Below are positions 7,590 through 11,279 of a DNA stretch of 11,279 nt, piece by piece (the stretch's first letter is position 1; every line of letters begins with the position of its first letter). The position numbers were made by a program, and so were the translations under genes. Source of the DNA: a virus (Duplodnaviria; Heunggongvirae; Uroviricota; Caudoviricetes); the IMG/VR virus record IMGVR_UViG_2778261535_000008, positions 1 to 11,279 of that record; one strand, 5' to 3'. The notes under the pieces are model-generated. The model was given only the letters and a program-made list of their open reading frames with translations, was not told the DNA's origin and did no database searches.

Positions 7590-9986
7590 ATGGCAGCAGT
7601 AAAAATCTCAGGTGTGCTGAAAGATGGTGCGGGAAAACCAATACAGAACTGCACTATTCAACTGAAGGCAAAGCGTAACAGCACCACGGTACTGGTCAAC
7701 ACAGTGGCCTCTGAAAATCCGGACGAAGCCGGGCGTTACAGCATGGATGTTGAGTATGGCCAGTACAGCGTCACCCTGCTGGTTGAAGGTTTTCCGCCTT
7801 CACATGCCGGGACCATTACCGTCTATGAAGGTTCCAGACCAGGTACGCTGAATGATTTTCTCGGTGCCATGACGGAAGATGATGTCATGCCGGAGGCATT
7901 GCGTCGTTTTGAGGAAATGGTGGAAGAAGCGGCACGCAACGCCGAAGCCGCCTCTCAGAGCGCAACGGCGGCAAAGAAATCCGAAACTGCAGCGGCATCA
8001 TCGAAGAACGCGGCGAAAACCTCAGAAACGAATGCAGCTAATAGTGCACAGGCGGCAGCGGCCTCGCAGACTGCATCGGCAAACTCCGCGACAGCAGCCA
8101 AAAAATCAGAAACCAACGCGAAAAACAGCGAGACAGCCGCAAAGACGAGCGAAACCAACGCAAAGTCCAGCCAGACGGCAGCGAAAACCAGCGAAACGAA
8201 TGCCAAAGCCAGTGAAACTGCAGCGAAAAATAGCCAGAATGCAGCAGCCGAAAGCGAGAGCGCGGCAGCCGGTTCTGCGACTTCAGCAGCCGGATCAGCA
8301 ACTGCTGCGGCTAACAGTCAGAAAGCAGCGAAGACGAGCGAAACCAACGCAAAGTCCAGCCAGACGGCAGCGAAGACCAGCGAAACGAATGCTAAAGCCA
8401 GCGAAACTGCGGCGAAAAACAGTCAGGATGCAGCAGCCCAAAGCGAGAGTGCCGCAGCTGGTTCTGCAAGTGCGGCGGCTGCTTCTGCCACTGCATCAGC
8501 CAACAGTCAAAAAGCTGCAAAAACCAGTGAAACCAATGCAAAGACAAGCGAGACTGCAGCGGCGAAATCGGCGCAAGCATCGGCAGCAAGCCAGACAGCA
8601 GCTAAAGCAAGTGAAGACGCAGCCAGGGAGTATGCAAGCCAGGCTGCAGAGCCGTATAAACAAGTTTTGCAGCCCCTGCCTGATGTGTGGATACCGTTTA
8701 ACGATTCACTGGAAATGATTACTGGTTTCGCTCCTGGTTATAAAAAAGTAACTATCGGTGATGATGTTATTACTTTTCCATCAGAGAAAGTTGTATCTTT
8801 CACCCGCTCCACTTCTGCAACGTATATAAATAAATCAGGTTCATTTACTTTTGCAGAAATTAATGAACCGCGCTTTGAAAAGGAAGGTTTATTAATTGAA
8901 GGTCAGAGGACAAATACATTTACGAATAGCAACAATCCTTCATTATGGAACTATGACGACAAGAATATAGAAATAACCACATCGGTTGATGAATATGGTT
9001 TTAAATATGGGTTGTTCGATGTAAAGGAAACATCAACCACTGAAAGGGCGACGATAATATCTACTGGATACAGCAGGGTTATTGATGTTGCTGCAAATGA
9101 ATCTGTTACCTTGTCCTGTAGGGTTAAGAAGATAAATGGAGAAGGTATTATAACGTTAAGACCCAGAATATCTTTCGTTAACGATAACGGCACAAGCAAC
9201 ACGCTGGTAGCTGGTTCCTACATAGATTGCGAAACTGGTGATGTTTTAGGTTTTTCTGGTGGAGATGCTGTAAATCATGTCATATACAGAGAAGCTAACG
9301 GATGGTTACGCGTCGAATTTACATATAAATCACCAGATGCAAAAAGTATGTATGGGCGCTTTGAAATGGGAGCAGATAAAAGGGCGATCAAAAAAGGCGA
9401 TCAGATAATGTTTACTACGCCACAATTTGAAAAAGGATCGTGTGCATCATCATTTATCGTTACATCAGATGTGGCAGTTACACGGGCTAGTGACGTGGTA
9501 ATAATGCCAATAAGACTGAACTGGTCAACGCCTCCGTTAAGCGTTCTTATGGAAGTTAATATCAACTGGGACAAAATGCCAAACAGTGAAGGTTCAGCAA
9601 GGCTTCTTAACGTGTCAATAACTGGCGCAACAACGGATGTTGCTGATGAAAGTTATATGTATTTTGGTTTTACCTCTGGAGGCGCGCGCTCAATTATAAC
9701 TAACGGAAAAGGAACAAAGACCGAGTATAAAGCCTACTGTAACAGGACAACCCGCAGGTTTATTGCTGGATTTAAGTTTACAGAGCAGAAAGAATTGCGT
9801 GCTGTTATAAACGGTAACTTTGGCGCTGTTGGTGTATCACAACACACAAGACAACGTTATACAGAAGGGCCAATAAATATAGGCGGTCAATCAATATCAG
9901 GTAACAGGCATTTATTTGGACACGTACGCAATTTACGTATCTGGCATAAGGAACTGACAGATGCACAAATGGGAGAAAGAATATAA
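7590..9986 (+). CDS. stf: Side tail fiber protein (Stf-like): conserved N-terminal anchor, Ala/Ser/Thr/Lys-rich repeat shaft, divergent distal module with a LamG/ConA-like C-terminus
   Basis: ATG at 7590 is preferred over the GTG at 7584 used by the ORF track; GGAG at 7581-7584. N-terminus MAAVKISGVLKDGAGKPIQNCTIQLKAKRNSTTVLVNTVASENPDEAGRYSMDVEYGQYSV...HAGTITVYE matches the lambda Stf N-terminus as I recall it. The C-terminal motif LFGHVRNLRIWHKELTDAQM resembles the terminal strand signature of Laminin_G_3 / concanavalin-A-like jelly-roll domains. Confidence 0.85.
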   Translation: MAAVKISGVLKDGAGKPIQNCTIQLKAKRNSTTVLVNTVASENPDEAGRYSMDVEYGQYSVTLLVEGFPPSHAGTITVYEGSRPGTLNDFLGAMTEDDVMPEALRRFEEMVEEAARNAEAASQSATAAKKSETAAASSKNAAKTSETNAANSAQAAAASQTASANSATAAKKSETNAKNSETAAKTSETNAKSSQTAAKTSETNAKASETAAKNSQNAAAESESAAAGSATSAAGSATAAANSQKAAKTSETNAKSSQTAAKTSETNAKASETAAKNSQDAAAQSESAAAGSASAAAASATASANSQKAAKTSETNAKTSETAAAKSAQASAASQTAAKASEDAAREYASQAAEPYKQVLQPLPDVWIPFNDSLEMITGFAPGYKKVTIGDDVITFPSEKVVSFTRSTSATYINKSGSFTFAEINEPRFEKEGLLIEGQRTNTFTNSNNPSLWNYDDKNIEITTSVDEYGFKYGLFDVKETSTTERATIISTGYSRVIDVAANESVTLSCRVKKINGEGIITLRPRISFVNDNGTSNTLVAGSYIDCETGDVLGFSGGDAVNHVIYREANGWLRVEFTYKSPDAKSMYGRFEMGADKRAIKKGDQIMFTTPQFEKGSCASSFIVTSDVAVTRASDVVIMPIRLNWSTPPLSVLMEVNINWDKMPNSEGSARLLNVSITGATTDVADESYMYFGFTSGGARSIITNGKGTKTEYKAYCNRTTRRFIAGFKFTEQKELRAVINGNFGAVGVSQHTRQRYTEGPINIGGQSISGNRHLFGHVRNLRIWHKELTDAQMGERI
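8142..8519 (+). repeat. In-frame tandem duplication, 2 x 189 bp (63 codons), within the stf shaft
   Basis: Unit 1 (8142-8330) and unit 2 (8331-8519) both begin aagacgagcgaaaccaacgcaaagtccagccagacggcagcga and stay roughly 90% identical by eye. They encode AKTSETNAKSSQTAAKTSETNAKASETAAKNSQ...SQKA twice. Degenerate shorter copies of the same motif flank both sides (about 7960-8600). Confidence 0.8.
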
Positions 9987-10267
9987 TGCGAGACTTAACC
10001 CTCAAATTCATAAACAAGGCCGACTTTTCGGCCTTTATGGATAGCATTGGTTATGACGATGACGAGGTGATGCAGAACAATGTTCTCATTGATGTGATAG
10101 GTAACGTGTACAAAGAAACCGGAGAAATTACTGAAGATGGCGAGCCGGTATGTGTTAAGGAAGACGGATATTTTGTAAACGTGCGCATCATTAATGATGT
10201 GAAAACACCGTCAATATTCGATGAATACGCGGTTGTTGTTGAGCATCAACTTCGTGGCTGGATGTGA
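9986..10267 (+). CDS. Hypothetical small acidic protein, translationally coupled to stf (possible fiber accessory or assembly factor)
   Basis: 93-aa ORF whose ATG overlaps the stf stop (TAATG at 9984-9988). Asp/Glu-rich; I recognise no family. It occupies the slot where lambda has tfa but shows no resemblance to lambda Tfa. Confidence 0.5.
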   Translation: MRDLTLKFINKADFSAFMDSIGYDDDEVMQNNVLIDVIGNVYKETGEITEDGEPVCVKEDGYFVNVRIINDVKTPSIFDEYAVVVEHQLRGWM

Positions 10268-10276
10268 GGGAGACAA

Positions 10277-10966
10277 ATGGCTACATCGACAGTAATTCCA
10301 GGAGATATCACCACGCTAAAGGGAGATGTCAGTAAAACTAAGGAAGATATTTCCTCAATTAACGGAAAAGTATCAACGCTTCAGATTGATATGACCAGTG
10401 CAAAGCAGGATATCAGCACCAGATACACAAAAACTGAAGTTGATAATAAGCTGAAAAACAAAGTGGAAGCGAACGATCTGGAAAGCGGTCGTTATGGCGG
10501 TGATTTTTACCCGCTGACAGGTCGTGAAGCGTTTTATTTATGGAATTTGGCCACGACTACAGCGGCGGCAAACCTTTATCTTAATCCTGACCCCGCAATT
10601 TCGTCTGTACTGCGGTCAACATCGTCTATTCGCTATAAACATTCAGTAGAGACGATAGATTCAGAGCACGCCGATCTCATTTTCAAGATGCGCCCTGTGT
10701 GGTACAGGTCGCAATGCGAAAATGACAGGCGTGACTGGGGATTCTACGGGTTGATTGCCGAGGAAGTAGGAGAAATTGCCCCTCAGTTTGTACACTGGCG
10801 ACCAGCTAACGAGAATGATGCTCCTGAAGCTATTTCCAGCAATGGCCTTGTAGCCGAAGGTGTAATGTACGAACGTCTGGTTGTTCCACTGATTCACCAT
10901 ATCCAGAAACTGACTGAAAGAGTTGAAGAACTTGAGTCAGAATTAAAGTTGTTATCAACTTCCTGA
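10277..10966 (+). CDS. Short fiber-like protein with N-terminal coiled-coil region and C-terminal intramolecular chaperone (peptidase S74-like) auto-processing domain
   Basis: 229-aa ORF with GGAG at 10269-10272. N-terminal 70 aa are heptad-like and Ser/Thr/Lys-rich. The C-terminal 110 aa (SSIRYKHSVETIDSEHADLIFKMRPVWYR...WGFYGLIAEEVGEIAPQFV...EGVMYERLVVPLIHHIQKLTERVEELESELKLL) match the conserved pattern of the chaperone-of-endosialidase domain: Ser...Lys dyad, GxIAQEV-like core, Y-x-x-L-V/I-P-L-I and a terminal coiled coil. Confidence 0.65.
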   Translation: MATSTVIPGDITTLKGDVSKTKEDISSINGKVSTLQIDMTSAKQDISTRYTKTEVDNKLKNKVEANDLESGRYGGDFYPLTGREAFYLWNLATTTAAANLYLNPDPAISSVLRSTSSIRYKHSVETIDSEHADLIFKMRPVWYRSQCENDRRDWGFYGLIAEEVGEIAPQFVHWRPANENDAPEAISSNGLVAEGVMYERLVVPLIHHIQKLTERVEELESELKLLSTS

Positions 10967-10991
10967 AGCGATATCGGATAAAGGAGGAGTA

Positions 10992-11279
10992 ATGGATATA
11001 AGCCCCTTACTTCATGCGCTTTGTGCTGTGGCTGCGCAGGTACTGATTGGCCTTTTTACCGGAAACTGGGCTTACGGTGCGATAGCTGGTTGTTCGTTCT
11101 TCATTGCGCGCGAACACACCCAGGCAGAATATCGCTGGATTGAAATGTTCGGACATGGCAAGCGTATGAATATGCCGTGGTGGGGCGGTTTTGATCCACG
11201 CGCGTGGGATGTAGCAAGTCTGATGGATTTTTCTGTGCCGGTGGTGGCGTGTATTCTGGTCTGGCTGTTGATCCGTTGA
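10992..11279 (+). CDS. Hypothetical small membrane protein, possible lipoprotein (candidate moron)
   Basis: 95-aa ORF with a strong RBS AAGGAGG at 10981-10987; the stop is the last codon of the window. Two hydrophobic segments (residues about 5-38 and 80-94). A lipobox-like IAGC motif at residues 31-34 follows the first segment. No family recognised. Confidence 0.45.
   Translation: MDISPLLHALCAVAAQVLIGLFTGNWAYGAIAGCSFFIAREHTQAEYRWIEMFGHGKRMNMPWWGGFDPRAWDVASLMDFSVPVVACILVWLLIR

Noticed and set aside
7879-8718. 279-aa Arg/Gln/Pro/Lys-rich ORF in an alternative + frame, plus minus-strand ORFs at 7955-8206, 8038-8301 and 8392-8589, within the stf repeat region
   Set aside because: Artifacts of the stop-poor, low-complexity GCA/GCG/AAA repeat DNA of the stf shaft. 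They sit wholly inside stf, whose frame carries the conserved N-terminal fiber sequence.
8650-10970. Diversity-generating retroelement targeting the fiber C-terminus
   Set aside because: The context (a lectin-like C-terminal domain followed by a small ORF) superficially resembles a DGR target with an Avd accessory gene. There is no reverse transcriptase in the window, the small ORF is acidic rather than basic and helical, and I could not see a template-repeat copy of the stf 3' end.
9986-11279. Pin/Gin-type invertible tail fiber tip segment
   Set aside because: Some lambdoid and Mu-like fibers have invertible C-terminal cassettes, but no invertase gene or oppositely oriented alternative fiber tip is present within the window. 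The downstream genes are all on the + strand.
1-11279. CRISPR arrays, tRNA or rRNA genes, integrase or transposase
   Set aside because: No regularly spaced direct repeats, no cloverleaf-like candidates noticed, and no ORF with recombinase or transposase signatures. The window is interior to a tail gene cluster.

Overview
The window is the distal tail-morphogenesis block of a lambda-like (lambdoid) siphovirus or prophage, almost certainly from an enterobacterial host. All genes are on the + strand in the canonical lambda order: 3' end of the tape measure gene H, then M, L, K, I, J, the lom moron, and a side tail fiber (stf). Genes H to lom and the first ~120 codons of stf are GC-rich and match the lambda family proteins as I recall them. 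Downstream of that the locus departs from lambda. The last ~150 codons of J (receptor-binding region) are divergent and more AT-rich. The stf shaft carries a near-perfect 189-bp tandem duplication. The distal half of stf is an AT-rich module ending in a LamG/concanavalin-A-like motif. No lambda-type Tfa follows; instead there is a 93-aa acidic ORF coupled to stf, a 229-aa coiled-coil protein with a C-terminal intramolecular-chaperone (peptidase S74-like) domain, and a 95-aa hydrophobic protein. Three intrinsic-terminator-like hairpins are visible, two of them bracketing lom. No tRNA, rRNA, CRISPR array, integrase or transposase was recognised. All homology statements come from reading the translations against remembered family sequences, not from a database search.
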